Positions 13,101 through 26,710 of a stretch of 64,000 bases of DNA are shown here, piece after piece (within the stretch, counting starts at the first letter, position 1; each line of letters starts with the position of its first letter). Source of the stretch: Octopus bimaculoides (lineage: Eukaryota); contig NC_069001.1 in assembly GCF_001194135.2 (NCBI RefSeq), positions 39,505,180-39,569,179 of the forward strand, written 5' to 3'. Below the pieces are notes generated by a model. The model saw nothing but the letters and a program-made list of their open reading frames with translations, was not told where the DNA came from and did no database searches. Both the position numbers and the translations under genes were made by a program.

Positions 13101-13969
13101 ACAGGTTAATAGAAAAAGATGTATTTTTGATTTTGTTTTTGTCTTTATTCTTGTTTGAAATAAAATCGATGGGTAAACCTACTTCTCAAGGATTTTATCA
13201 ATTCTGTCGTCCAAATACGTCGGTCGGCCATGTTTTTTCACACGTTATTTGCAGTTTTATTAATGCAGATCAAAGATTTTAGACGCATTTAAATATCACT
13301 TTGAAACTTTCTGAAAGTTTATGGAGAAATCAATAATCAGAAAATTTGCTTTGTTATTTTAAGCAAGCACATTATATATATATCTATATCAAATCACTTC
13401 TACTAAACCTACAAATATTAATATATACACACGTAAGTGTCTACACAGAGCCATCATTAGACAGACATTCATAGCGTTTACCTGTTCAGTATTTCAGAAT
13501 TTTTTAATATTTAATGAAATATTTTTAACGATCATCAATTTGTTTCTGTCAACATTGATCGTTCGTTGAAACAACTACCTGAAATTAACTGATTTCTAAT
13601 TTCAATTGTTAATTATCTTGTCACCATTTACCTTCCTTCTAACAGTTTAACTCTCCGTTTAACCTAGACAACTACTAAGTGATCCTCCCTTGAGTCACTC
13701 AACACATTTTCCAGTGCATTTTTTCTTTATTTCCTTATTTTATATCTTGCAATTCGTGAATAATAATGTTGTTGCACGTTTCTAATGTAAAAAAAACCAG
13801 TGATTCGTTACATTTACGATGGTAAGAGTAGTAAAGAGGCATCTGTGAAACTCAGCTATTATAGATAACAAAAATGATTTTCATGTGAAAACACCGGTTT
13901 ATTATTTTTCTGGGCGATATTCACATCTTTCGCTGAAATACAAGACGGAAACCAAAGATTACACACATG

Positions 13970-14520
13970 CATGCATACAGCTGCAAATGCCGATTATGCT
14001 ACACTTCTGTGAAGGATATCACACATACAATCTGGACCTGGGAGAGACATATCCCATCCCGCTTAGAACGTTATGCCTTCTTCGCTATCGCAAACAGTAG
14101 AAAAGTACTAAATATCTGCTCTACAAAAGCAGTAAGAAAGTACTCGGGTTTCACTCTGTGACAGAAATATCATTTGTGCCTTAACAATGTGGAAGATATC
14201 ACCCATATTTATCTTTCCATGTGACATGATATTGTCGCTAAAGCTATGTACAATACCATAAAAAGAAGAGATGGTGACGATGGTCACAAGAAAGGTAAAG
14301 AATGTCTCCATAAATTAGAACAATGAGGAACCTTGACCAGATATTCCAATAAAAACAGCAAAACCCAGTGCATAAGAGACCAGTTGATGTTCTACAGGGA
14401 CGGGAAACCAAACCATTGCCTTCTAGAGATTTTTTTTCTCGAGGGAAGTGAATTTGGTGAAAAAGAACATTTTTGGTAAACTAAAGAAGAATTTACAGCT
14501 CTTTGATATACGTTCCTATT
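13970..14520 (+). mobile_element. Second, more decayed RLE-type (R2/R4-like) non-LTR retrotransposon remnant, different subfamily
   Basis: Fragments across frames: SRLERYAF, STKYLLYK, KYHLCLNNVEDITHI, YLSM*HDIVAK (RHD motif with CGA>TGA), DIPIKTA, HKRP. These match the linker, CCHC knuckle and start of an RLE domain. Confidence 0.7.
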
Positions 14521-16578
14521 TATTTCTCTCATTCTGGACTCACGAAGCTCTGCAGCAACAGATTTAGAGAAGAACCTCGCAATAATGGAGCTTTTTCGGA
14601 AACAAAATCAAAAACTGTGTAACATTCAAATGTTTCACCATTTCGATTTCATGGCGTATACATGAATGCAAGTCTATCTACACACACACACATATCTGCA
14701 CATATGCAAATATATACACACACATACGGGCATTGTGTAAATATATTCACACATACCCTTTCATACACACACACACACACACACGCACATTCACAAATCC
14801 TTGAAACTGATTTGATTCACCAGTTAACCCGAAAGTCCCTGCATAAAGATTAAACCCGCAAGTGATCCCTCTAAACTTACAGGGGTCTGTTTATATATTT
14901 CTTTATCTGACATTAAGTTATCATTTCAAAATAAAATAAAAATCTTCAAGTCTTTCCAGAAAGTCTTTCCATAGTTACACTAGTGTATATTTCCAACACA
15001 ATCTTTAATTATTAAGCTAAGACAACTTGAAGCGAGGGGGGAAAGAGAAAGCGAATTTGCACTTACGAAGTATTAATGGCGAGGCTGGAGGATAACAAAT
15101 ACTTTCACGTGGCTGGAGAATTTATTTGCTTCAGTAAATTTTGAGATAAATGTAAATCAGTAGTGATAGTTTGATGGCGGGGAAACACTTCTTAAAACCT
15201 GCTTCCTTGATAAATATTTAGATTTTCTCTGCTGTTACGACAAAACCAGATATTAACATTCTAAATATACACATATATACCACTTTCTCTCTTCTATTCT
15301 GTTCCGATAAAGCGTTGTACTTTATCTCCCTATCATTTCCCATCAGCCACCAATTTGTGTGGCAGCCACTTTCCTAATTCAGACATTTACCAAAGTTGTT
15401 TTAAATATTGATGGGTGTTAGAGGAAGACAAATTGAGTTTTCTGCGGCAATCTTATAATCCTGCTGCTCAATTACTGTTAATATAAAGGTATTTATAACA
15501 CTTCACTGAGTTACACCTGTAACTCTGTATTCGGTTAGTACATTTTCCGCTCTTAAAAGTTGTTTAATTATTACAAGGTAAGGATAAATTGTAACTTGTG
15601 AACATCCATCATTATTCACGCCAGTTTGTTAAACCAAGAAGCTCCTCTCCAGAAATTGATTTATCTGCTTTCCACCTAAAATAAATTTTCTGCCATATGG
15701 GTCAACAGAATGATGCAATATAATAAATATTTAGTCTTTATAATTAAAATCACATCTATTTGGTACATTATTGACTGAAGTGTTTAGATTACAAAATAAA
15801 TCATCCTCTATTATAGTAACTGTTTCGTGATTACCTCTTTCACGTAGCTCTAAATGAAATGATACATGTACGTTGCTTCCTCTTTTATACAATCACGATT
15901 TACAAATTCTTTCTTGTAAGTTATGGGGGGGGGGGACTTATCAGATTCTTTAACGAAATTGTATTTTAAATTGAAATATTCATTTGCATATCGTTATATT
16001 CTTTTCTCTTGTCATTAATGACGACGGGGGTGTTAAACTAAAACCATCGCCCAGTTTAATTTTCCCACCTGGCCCCGAGATACATTTAGCAGACTCCATT
16101 CTGTTGTCCCCCAGGTTAACACCACCACTTGGCCCTTGCGTACCTTTAGTAGAGTCCATCTGTAGAAAATATTCAAGACATGTCTTCGGTCCAAGAATAA
16201 ATTTCTCCCTTATTTCCTAGTCCTTAACCCTAAAGAGAATTGAGGACGTTGCCTCTACTCCTCTGATTAAATCATTCAACAAGAACAAAACAAAATTGCC
16301 AATCAACCTCTATCTTTGAACTATCTTTGCTACCAATATCGTTATTGTTTTACCCGCAACTCCAGGATCACTCTTCGTCTGTCTCCAACGTTTTCTTGGG
16401 GATGTCCCATTATCGTTGTTTGATGCTAAGTTTATCTTGATTCAGATCATGCGGACATGAGATCACGGACGTCCCAGTTTTAGCCATTTTCTGGTGTCTT
16501 TACATCTATCGACATGAACATTGTTCCGTGAAACGTTCCGACTTTTGAAGACGATGTATGTGTTATTGCGCGCGCGTA

Positions 16579-16614
<36 letters not shown>

Positions 16615-16624
16615 NNNNNNNNNN

Positions 16625-16666
<42 letters not shown>

Positions 16667-18103
16667 AATGAACATTCTGAAGATCTTTCTTTCCAAACAC
16701 GTGAAATGCGAAATTATTGATTCCTCTCAAAGATTCACTTCCGTCACAATCATCTGAATGATATCTCATAAAAATCATATCGTTTCTGGAAAATATTCAA
16801 TATATTTCTTTATCTCTCTATTATTGTATTCATATTTGTCAATTTATATTTTACTCTTACCTTAGAAATATACTTTTTTTTCTACAATGTATTGTGTAAT
16901 GTTTCGTTTCAAATATTTTGTGTTGTTCTGCCTCTCTCTCTTTCCTTCTCTCTCTCTCTCTCCCTTTCTCTCTTTCTAATATGTTTCTGTTTAACTTATC
17001 TAATGAGATATTGATATTCTTTAATGACATATCAATTGTTTTATCAATAGTCACCATGATATGCATACGTTTGTCTTTTATTCAAGAACGAGGTCCTGTT
17101 TCAGTATTTCCTTCACGAAACAGAACTTTATCAAAACGCAATGAATAGATAATGTTTGAATTGTTAAACCTATCAGGACTTCAAAATGTCTTGGAGACGG
17201 TAGAAATACCGTTCGAGCAGTTGACAGTGAAGTGGGGGTGGGGTGGTAATGATGGTAGTGTTTGTGCTTCGCTTTAAGGTCGAAGCCTTTGCGACGATAT
17301 CGCTGTTGCAGGTGGTGGTGATGGCGGTGTTAGCGTTCACGCGTACACCTGCACCTGTTTGTGTCATACTTCTCGCCTTCTTCCTTCCTTCGTGGAGCTG
17401 TGGTGAAGGGAGGGTAAAGAAATCAAACGTCGAAAGAGAGTTGCCATAGAGACCGGCGTTCGTCACGAGATCGTCTGCATGGCTTGAAGACGCCGTCTTA
17501 AAAAAAAATATGGCTAAGGAAGCCGAAAACCATTTTACAAAATGGGGAAATACGCCACACATGGCAGATTTCCCGTGCAAACAAATTGCACAAACGAATG
17601 CATCAGATGTTGAACAACTGTTACATAAAAAAATATTATCCGAAAACAACTTTTAACAGGCAAACTTAGACGGAATCGATGTGTCTATCGCCCGTCCATA
17701 AAGACAGACAGATAAAACTTAGATAAAAACTTAGATATGTTTCGACCAAAGATTGGTCCAGGCCATGTCTAGCTTAATAGCACCACCTGATAGGCAGGCA
17801 GACAGATAGGCAGGCAGGCAGGCAGGTAGGTAAAATAGATAGACAGGCAGGCAGACAGACAGATATACACACCCGCGCGCATGCAGAAACAGATATATAT
17901 ATATATATAAAATTTATTAATGAGGGTAGAAATTGATATTAATCAATTAAAACCAGTGGTCTAGCATATTTAAAAAATCCGAAGATTAAAATTATATTAC
18001 ATACAAAAATAAGAGGAATGACCAGCAAATGTGGACTCCTATATGCTAGAAATAGATGCCGAATCATCTAACCACGAAAAAAATATGTTGTCAGTAAAAA
18101 ATC

Positions 18104-18134
18104 TTAGCGACACAACAGTCTGTTGTGTCGCTAA
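18104..18134. repeat. 31-bp near-perfect palindrome (15-bp arms, 1-nt centre)
   Basis: TTAGCGACACAACAG-T-CTGTTGTGTCGCTAA. Confidence 0.95.
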
Positions 18135-18206
18135 AATTTTTTATATATATATATTCACACACATGCGCATATACAACACTTATGCAGACATACGTAAATA
18201 TATTCT

Positions 18207-18271
<65 letters not shown>

Positions 18272-18351
18272 GTACATACATACATANNNNNNNNNNNNNN
18301 NNNNNNNNNNNTATATATATATATATATATAGGTGTGTACATATACATATA

Positions 18352-18385
<34 letters not shown>

Positions 18386-19059
18386 GGTGTGTACATATAC
18401 ATATATGTGTGTGTGTGTATATATATATATATAGGTGTGTACATATACATATATATCTATCTATATATACATATATACACATACATCTACATACATAGCA
18501 TACATATATGCACACATACACATCCAGACAAAAATAGATAGACAGAGAAAGAGTGAGAGAGAGAGAGATGGGGGAGGGGGAGAAGCACTCGTGTTTAACC
18601 TTCCGCGAGATGTATTGAGGCAGAAATGAAGAGTAACTCTAATAGAGAGAGGCAGAGATTGACCTTTAAATGACGATTTCATAGAACCAATGTAAACGTT
18701 TCTCCTTTGTTTATAGAATTGAGTGTCTCTGGTTTTGCGATTGTGATCCTTGTTGCTGTGGTGGTGGTGGTCGTCTTTATTGTTGTTGTTGATGATGTTA
18801 CAACAGTTGTTGTTCTTATCGAAGTTGTTTCTGCTGCGGTTTGGTTTTACTGTTGCTGTTGTTGTTGTCGATGTGATTATTGTTGTTACTGCTTTGCTTA
18901 TTATTATTGTTGAAGTTCTTGTTGTTGCGGTTGCACATGTTGTTTATCCCCAAATCAGCCTTAATTGAACAGAGATCGGTGACATGGCATTGTCTCAGAT
19001 GATTTAGTAAATAGAGGGAGAACACTCTACTCTTTCTAGGAATTCCAGCGACCACCTTT

Positions 19060-19153
19060 ATGCTCTCCGCCGTCGGTTCTTCTCTATTGCGTTGTCGTTC
19101 TGTCTCTAATTCCATATCGGACTGTTTTACTGTGTTTGGAGAATTTGTTAAAG
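19060..19153 (+). CDS. Candidate first coding exon MLSAVGSSLLRCRSVSNSISDCFTVFGEFVK, phase 1, splicing in frame to 31146
   Basis: ATG 19060 is the first after an in-frame TAG (19012-19014). Donor AAAG|GTACAT at 19154. Phase 1 matches the 31146 acceptor (G|CC = Ala), giving ...FGEFVKAFDRLQG.... Weak Kozak context, and a phase match has a 1-in-3 chance. Confidence 0.35.
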
Positions 19154-19485
19154 GTACATTCTGCACTAAACACATATAGTTAAGTGTAGGCTAATTCTCT
19201 TAAAGCGAGCAGTGGAAGAAAAAATTTCATCGATTGAAATTATAACCGTAATTAGAAGAAATCAAAAATTTTAATGAAATCTATCTCAATAGAGGTATTC
19301 TCTATTGTAATCATTAGAACTTAACCACATCTGCAGGTTTGGAATGAATTTCTCTCACTCATTTTGGAAAACCTGAAAATGTATCATGTGATTTCTGGCC
19401 CTTCTACTTTCAGCATGCTTTACCAAAAGTAAGTAAAGTAAAGAATAAAGGAAAGATGTTTCGCTCTTTATGCAAACAAAACAAA

Positions 19486-19526
<41 letters not shown>

Positions 19527-20450
19527 ATGTATACATATATATATATATACACACACACATATTTGTATGTATACATATATATACACACATATATGTATGT
19601 GTATGTATGTGTGTGTGTATGTATATATATATATATATANNNNNNNNNNNNNNNNNNNNNNNNNNNNNNNNNNNNNNNNNNNNNNNNNNNNNNNNNNNNN
19701 NNNNNNNNNNNNNNNNNNNNNNNNNNNNNNNNNNNNNNNNNNNNNNNNNNNNNNNNNNNNNNNNNNNNNNNNNNNNNNNNNNNNNNNNNNNNNNNNNNNN
19801 NNNNNNNNNNNNNNNNNNNNNNNNNNNNNNNNNNNNNNNNNNNNNNNNNNNNNNNNNNNNNNNNNNNNNNNNNNNNNNNNNNNNNNNNNNNNNNNNNNNN
19901 NNNNNNNNNNNNNNNNNNNNNNNNNNNNNNNNNNNNNNNNNNNNNNNNNNNNNNNNNNNNNNNNNNNNNNNNNNNNNNNNNNNNNNNNNNNNNNNNNNNN
20001 NNNNNNNNNNNNNNNNNNNNNNNNNNNNNNNNNNNNNNNNNNNNNNNNNNNNNNNNNNNNNNNNNNNNNNNNNNNNNNNNNNNNNNNNNNNNNNNNNNNN
20101 NNNNNNNNNNNNNNNNNNNNNNNNNNNNNNNNNNNNNNNNNNNNNNNNNNNNNNNNNNNNNNNNNNNNNNNNNNAAACAATTACATTAGATTTAATCATA
20201 GTGTGTGTGTGTATGTGTGTATGAGTGTGTGTGTGTGTGTGTGTATAAATATACATATGTGCACTCACATATATGCACATAGGTATTATTATGTATGTAC
20301 ATTTATATCATATATTCATGCATATTCAATAAAGTGTGTGTGTGTGTGTGTGTGTAGCGTGCGTGTATACCCGCGCATGTGTGTGTTAATTCCTAAATTT
20401 AGGGCTTTCTGTTTACACACCAATTAATTTTGTGTGTGTGTTCTTTTATT

Positions 20451-20808
20451 CTTTTACTTGTTTTAGTCATTTGATACGGCCATGCTGGATCACTGCCAGG
20501 ACTTATTCTTTGTAAGCCTAGTACTTATTCAATCGATAACTTTTGCCGAACCTCTAAGTTACGGGGACATCAACACACCAGCATCGGTTGTCAAGCGATG
20601 GCAGGGGATGGACAAACAGACACAAAGACACATACATACATAAATATATATACATATGTATGTATACGACGGGCTTCTTTCAGTTTCTGTCTACCAAATC
20701 TACTTACAAGGCTTTGGTCGGCCCGAGGCTATAGTAGAAGACACTTGACCGAGATGCCACGCAGTGGGATTGAACCCGGAACCAAGCTTCTTACCACACA
20801 GCCACGCT
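20451..20808 (-). mobile_element. SINE-B, near full length
   Basis: Long colinear identity to 41468-41871 (ggacttattctttgtaagcctagtacttattc; ggctttggtcggcccgaggctatagtagaagacactt). Confidence 0.9.
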
Positions 20809-21460
20809 GTAATATTATTTCATCGAGCTCTTGGCGAACTCTGGCCTCGGCATTGGTTCCAAGTTTACAGCCGGCCAATGATATCATTTCGGATCTCTGG
20901 TTTTTCATCTAACAGAAAAATGACAAGTGTCCCGCCCCCTACTCACTCTCTCTCTCTCNNNNNNNNNNNNNNNNNNNNNNNNNNNNNNNNNNNNNNNNNN
21001 NNNNNNNNNNNNNNNNNNNNNNNNNNNNNNNNNNNNNNNNNNNNNNNNNNNNNNNNNNNNNNNNNNNNNNNNNNNNNNNNNNNNNNNNNNNNNNNNNNNN
21101 NNNNNNNNNNNNNNNNNNNNNNNNNNNNNNNNNNNNNNNNNNNNNNNNNNNNNNNNNNNNNNNNNNNNNNNNNNNNNNNNNNNNNNNNNNNNNNNNNNNN
21201 NNNNNNNNNNNNNNNNNNNNNNNNNNNNNNNNNNNNNNNNNNNNNNNNNNNNNNNNNNNNNNNNNNNNNNNNNNNNNNNNNNNNNNNNNNNNNNNNNNNN
21301 NNNNNNNNNNNNNNNNNNNNNNNNNNNNNNNNNNNNNNNNNNNNNNNNNNNNNNNNNNNNNNNNNNNNNNNNNNNNNNNNNNNNNNNNNNNNNNNNNNNN
21401 NNNNNNNNNNNNNNNNNNNNNNNNNNNNNNNNNNNNNNNNNNNNNNNNNNTCTCTCTCTC

Positions 21461-21510
<50 letters not shown>

Positions 21511-22171
21511 TCACATGCTGACAGTCCCTAAAGCTCATATTTGTGTCTTCTTGGCATACAAACTTCCGATATTTTCTCAACCCTTTCATGGGGAATCGAA
21601 ATCTGGGATTGTCGTTTGCATGACTAAAAGAAAAAAATGTTGGAATTAGTATGACCATAAATCGCAAGAAATTTCTGACAGGAATCACCGTGTTGTTGTC
21701 GTCTGTGACTCCCATTTAATAATAACAAAAGTTCATGGAGACATCTCTAACCGCTGACATATTGTAGATTACTCGATTCTTCGAGCAGCCTCACCCAACG
21801 CTCTTCTCTCCGCCTTGTCAACAACATTCATGCATCCTACACAATGGCGACGTCTTTTCATTGCATGACTGAGAAATTTAAATCCAAACAGTACACATCT
21901 CTCTTTCTTTCTGTTCTCATAAAGGAATCGATAATGAAAGACGTGTCGCCGCCACAGTCTGTCTCAATCACTTGATATTATTGATTAAGTTTCACTTCAT
22001 TCCAGTTGATCAAACTGTCCTCCAGTGTCATTTCAGGATCAACCACTGAGTAGTCATCACTTCAATTCAATATCATCCTCTCCCTTCCTTTCTCTCCTCT
22101 TCTCTCTCCCCCTATCCCTTCCTCTTCCCCTCTCTGACTCTTGCCTCTTAGCGCGCATCCCTTACTGTCTC

Positions 22172-22217
<46 letters not shown>

Positions 22218-22406
22218 NNNNNNNNNNNNNNNNNNNNNNNNNNNNNNNNNNNNNNNNNNNNNNNNNNNNNNNNNNNNNNNNNNNNNNNNNNNNNNNNNNN
22301 NNNNNNNNNNNNNNNNNNNNNNNNNNNNNNNNNNNNNNNNNNNNNNNNNNNNNNNNNNNNNNNNNNNNNNNNNNNNNNNNNNNNNNNNNNNNNNNNNNNN
22401 NNNNNN

Positions 22407-22453
<47 letters not shown>

Positions 22454-23365
22454 TCTCTTTCATGCGATGATATTATTGTTGTTCGAACAGCCGATCATCT
22501 TCTATTCAATATCATTTAACATTGATCTCAGCTAACAATTGTTTTCTCAGTGACCCAGCCTGTTTCATTAGAAACTCTTCCCTGTCCAAAGCTACAGATA
22601 AGGTTTCCATCCTATTTTACATGAGAGGAGGGAGAGCAATATTCATGACACTTTTCGAGTGCTTCCCACCTGATGAAAGGAAAGGTGAAATTATCCCCAA
22701 AGATAATTTCAATTGTTAAACGGTCACCTCTGACCCAGAAGACCAAACATCTAAGACAATCTATCCATGACCACCCGTATTTGTAGTGTATGCGTGACTA
22801 AATGACTCAATTCGTCCTTCCTTTTCAAAACAGTGATGATTTTGTTTGTGGCAGTGAGGGTGGGGGGAGAGATTTAGCTGCTATTTTTAGCGTTTGAACT
22901 TCGTTTTTTCGATAAAGCAGTCGTTGTTGATGTTAAATTTCCAATAAACCAATCAATCAATAAAAGCGAATATATTCTTCGATTGAACTAATCGATCTTA
23001 TTACACTGTCGTAGACACTCTCCCAATGGCTGACGTGTATTTTAGGACTCTTGTGTTACTCCTTCTAGCAACACGCCAGTGAGTATCAGTTAAAACTCTC
23101 CACAGCATCAGAGACGCAGTAGTTCAGGAAGACATCTCATTCTTCGCTTAATGCAAAAGAAACCACGTGTCAATAGTGCCGTCCCCTGGAGAGACGGTCT
23201 CTATTGTTCAAGACACAAAACCTACACTTCTTCACAAACTGTTGCAGATTCTGAATGAGTTTAATAAGAAATAAAGATCCGTTCACGTGAAAAGCTTGAC
23301 GGAAAAGCTTTAAAAAATATTTAGCTAACTTCATGTTTTCAACATCATTTCCAAGAATTTTTCTT

Positions 23366-23403
<38 letters not shown>

Positions 23404-23624
23404 CCGTGTGTATGTGCATTTGTGTGCATTTTCAGTAGATGGTTTGTGTTGCAATATTAATCAATGCAGGCGTATAAACAATCGATAGTGATGTAGTGAT
23501 GTGTAAAGAATCCCAGAGAAGAGAAAAGCACCACGAATTGCTAAGTTTTTGTATCAGTCGAATTATATTATGAGACAGAACGTACACACACCAACGCACG
23601 CGCGTACGTATATGTGTAGATAGT

Positions 23625-23658
<34 letters not shown>

Positions 23659-23846
23659 CGTACATATGTATAGACATGCATAAATGTATCAATATAAAGT
23701 ATACATGCTTGTGTGTGTGTATATCTACTTACAGAGAAGTCCATTTGAGTGAATTTCTTGTAAGCTTATATCAGACAAAGGCAAGATGTGACTGGGCGAT
23801 GTTCCAACCTGTGGTAGAGGTGGCCAACCAATAGAATGCTGTTGTC

Positions 23847-23885
<39 letters not shown>

Positions 23886-26698
23886 TGCAACTGACATTGG
23901 AGAAAAGAACTCTACAGCAGAATGTTCTAGAGGTCTTATAGCAGGTCCACAACTGCTAACGATCTGTATGGTGCCACCGGAGAAGAGCCAATTCTCCCTC
24001 CCCCCTCTCTCCNNNNNNNNNNNNNNNNNNNNNNNNNNNNNNNNNNNNNNNNNNNNNNNNNNNNNNNNNNNNNNNNNNNNNNNNNNNNNNNNNNNNNNNN
24101 NNNNNNNNNNNNNNNNNNNNNNNNNNNNNNNNNNNNNNNNNNNNNNNNNNNNNNNNNNNNNNNNNNNNNNNNNNNNNNNNNNNNNNNNNNNNNNNNNNNN
24201 NNNNNNNNNNNNNNNNNNNNNNNNNNNNNNNNNNNNNNNNNNNNNNNNNNNNNNNNNNNNNNNNNNNNNNNNNNNNNNNNNNNNNNNNNNNNNNNNNNNN
24301 NNNNNNNNNNNNNNNNNNNNNCCCCCTCTCTCTATTGTTTGTTGGCGCTCATATTCTATCACTAGATTCTCTGTAGTCACACAGACACACGTATATATTC
24401 ACGCATGTGTGTGTATAACATTTTTTAAAAAAATCACCTGTATTATGTAATCCTTTCAAATATATATATCTTCCCCCGCAGTTTCCATCTACCAAATTTC
24501 CATTGTCAATAATGATAGAAAACGTAAAAGACACTCGTCCCGCGCTGTGGGATCGAACCGAAAACACCGTAGTTGCGGGAATGAACTTCTTAACTACACG
24601 GCCATGTCAACAGCTATGTAAGATGGCAGAAGAAGTCAGCTAACAGAGACGATTAAGACAGCAAATCTGATAAAATATATTATAATGTCGAGTTCCTTCT
24701 CTCCAGGTTCCATGTTCCAATAAGGCTGTGGTCGATTATTTCTTCTCTTTAATGGTCTTGTCATTCAGCCCCGAGTCATTCCCTTATCTTTTCCGACATA
24801 ATGTACCCGTAACAATATTATCCGGTGCGTGCTATTATAAATACACACGTATTTGTTTCGAGAAAGATTTGGCTTCCATTTTTAGCAAATCAAACAGGCA
24901 CTTTGTGACTCGGTAATGCCACCTTTTTTTTTTTTTTTTTTTTTTCAGCGTTGAGTGGATAAGCAAGGTAGGAATTGATAAGGTAGATTCATTGGAGTGG
25001 ATGCTTGACAATTAGTGACATTGTTGAAATATGGTAATAGTAGAGAAATATATTAGAACGTGTACGATGGCATTTGAAGCCAATATTTATATGAAAACTA
25101 AATCAAAGTTCTTGAGAGTATGGCAGACCGAAGATATTTTTATTCATGAAGTTGTTTTGTGATTTGCTAATTTTTAATGTTGCTCCATTCTCAGTTTTTC
25201 TGATATTTTTTTCAAATCTCTTAAACCTTTTTACCTGATAGTGTAAAGACGAAAAATGATGATATTTTATTTTCTTCCGTGATTCTTCTTTATATTTATT
25301 TATTTATTCTTATTAATATTTTCCCCTGTTTTACTCGCAAGATACAAAACTGAACGCATTTTCCTTTTTTTTTTTTTTAAAGATTTTATCTGAATCACAT
25401 CTAGAAAATTATAACATTTTTCTTTCTTTTATTCATTTATTTTTTCTTGTTCAAAAATTAATAACTCGATCGCAAATTATAAGAGAAAATTATCACTTTA
25501 ACTCCTCCAATACTGCAGAGCAATTGTCATTTATAGGTTTTCTTCTAATTTTTTCCCCGTTTACTGCATCATGTCCCCGTTTATCATACATACAGCTAAA
25601 AATTACATCTGTGGCGCCGTAATGGGAGGCAAAGATATATAATCTCCACAACACATTCTCTCTAATGGACATTAGTTTCACAAATGTCTTTCCCACTACA
25701 AATTGTTTAGTTAAATACAGCCAACGACTAAAACCAATGTCAAACTGACTTTTTTTCCTCAATAATTTAGCTAATGCAGAAAGGGCAACACCCAAGACCC
25801 TTTTTAGGGGCCTACGACGCTAAGAATTTACCCTGCATGGAGTTTTGGTTTGAATAGACGCCGTTAAACACCTCCAATGACCAGATGATGTTGTAGGGCT
25901 GAGAGAAAAAGAAAAACTGAATTATTTAAAATTTTAAATTATTTAAAAATTATTTTTACAGTATATCCACGTTAAGTAAGATTAATTATTTAAAATTTTA
26001 AAAAACTGAATTATTAAAAAAAAAAAAAACTTTTAGTGCATACTTGAACAAGTCTCTTAACTCTCCTCACATATAATTGAATTCCAAATGGAAAAGACCA
26101 GATGGATGGATGGATGAATTCTGGTGCTTTCATTTTTAGAAAACATTTCGTCGTCAAATTAAATATTTTTCTCCCGACATGCTTTGTTTGAATAAATCTA
26201 AAGATCGGAAACAAATTAGCAAGTGTAATCCTTGTTGTAATAAATGCAACAGAGATAAAACCCTGATTAGTTTTTAACGAGATTAATCAGTTAATTTAAT
26301 ATTCGTTTCGTAGAAATGAATGAAATACGTTTCATGTACGACAACGTCTCTTAGCAATGCCGCCGTATGTTGAAACGAACGAGTCTGTCGTATTTGTCGA
26401 TGCTTTCGAATGTTGCCAATAATGTCACACCTGCCGATTGCTTCATGCATTCTTTATTAATTTCTCTGCAATATTTTCGTCGCATCCTCTTTGACCTTAT
26501 CAAATGAAGCTTTCTATTACAACTAACGTGTCTCTTCTCTGTTGTATATTAACAGCTATTGTCAAGTGTCTATGTGTGTGTGTTACTATATCATTTTCTG
26601 TATGTGTGTGAATGTATACATTCGTGTGTGTTTGTGTGTGTGTTTTATATTTCCTCGTCATTTTCACCGAATCTCACAGAAATTCGCGGAAACAATGG

Positions 26699-26710
26699 CA
26701 TGACGTCATG
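26699..26710. promoter_or_regulatory. Extended CRE palindrome CATGACGTCATG
   Basis: Exact 12-bp palindrome in a CpG-containing unique segment 4.4 kb upstream of the exon. Confidence 0.4.

Noticed and set aside
17243-17449. Hydrophobic 68-aa + ORF as a membrane peptide
   Set aside because: The Val-richness follows from GTG/GGT skew, and its phase-0 donor does not fit the 31146 exon.
25493-25795. 100-aa minus ORF faintly like an RTE endonuclease N-terminus
   Set aside because: Diagnostic motifs are not recognisable.
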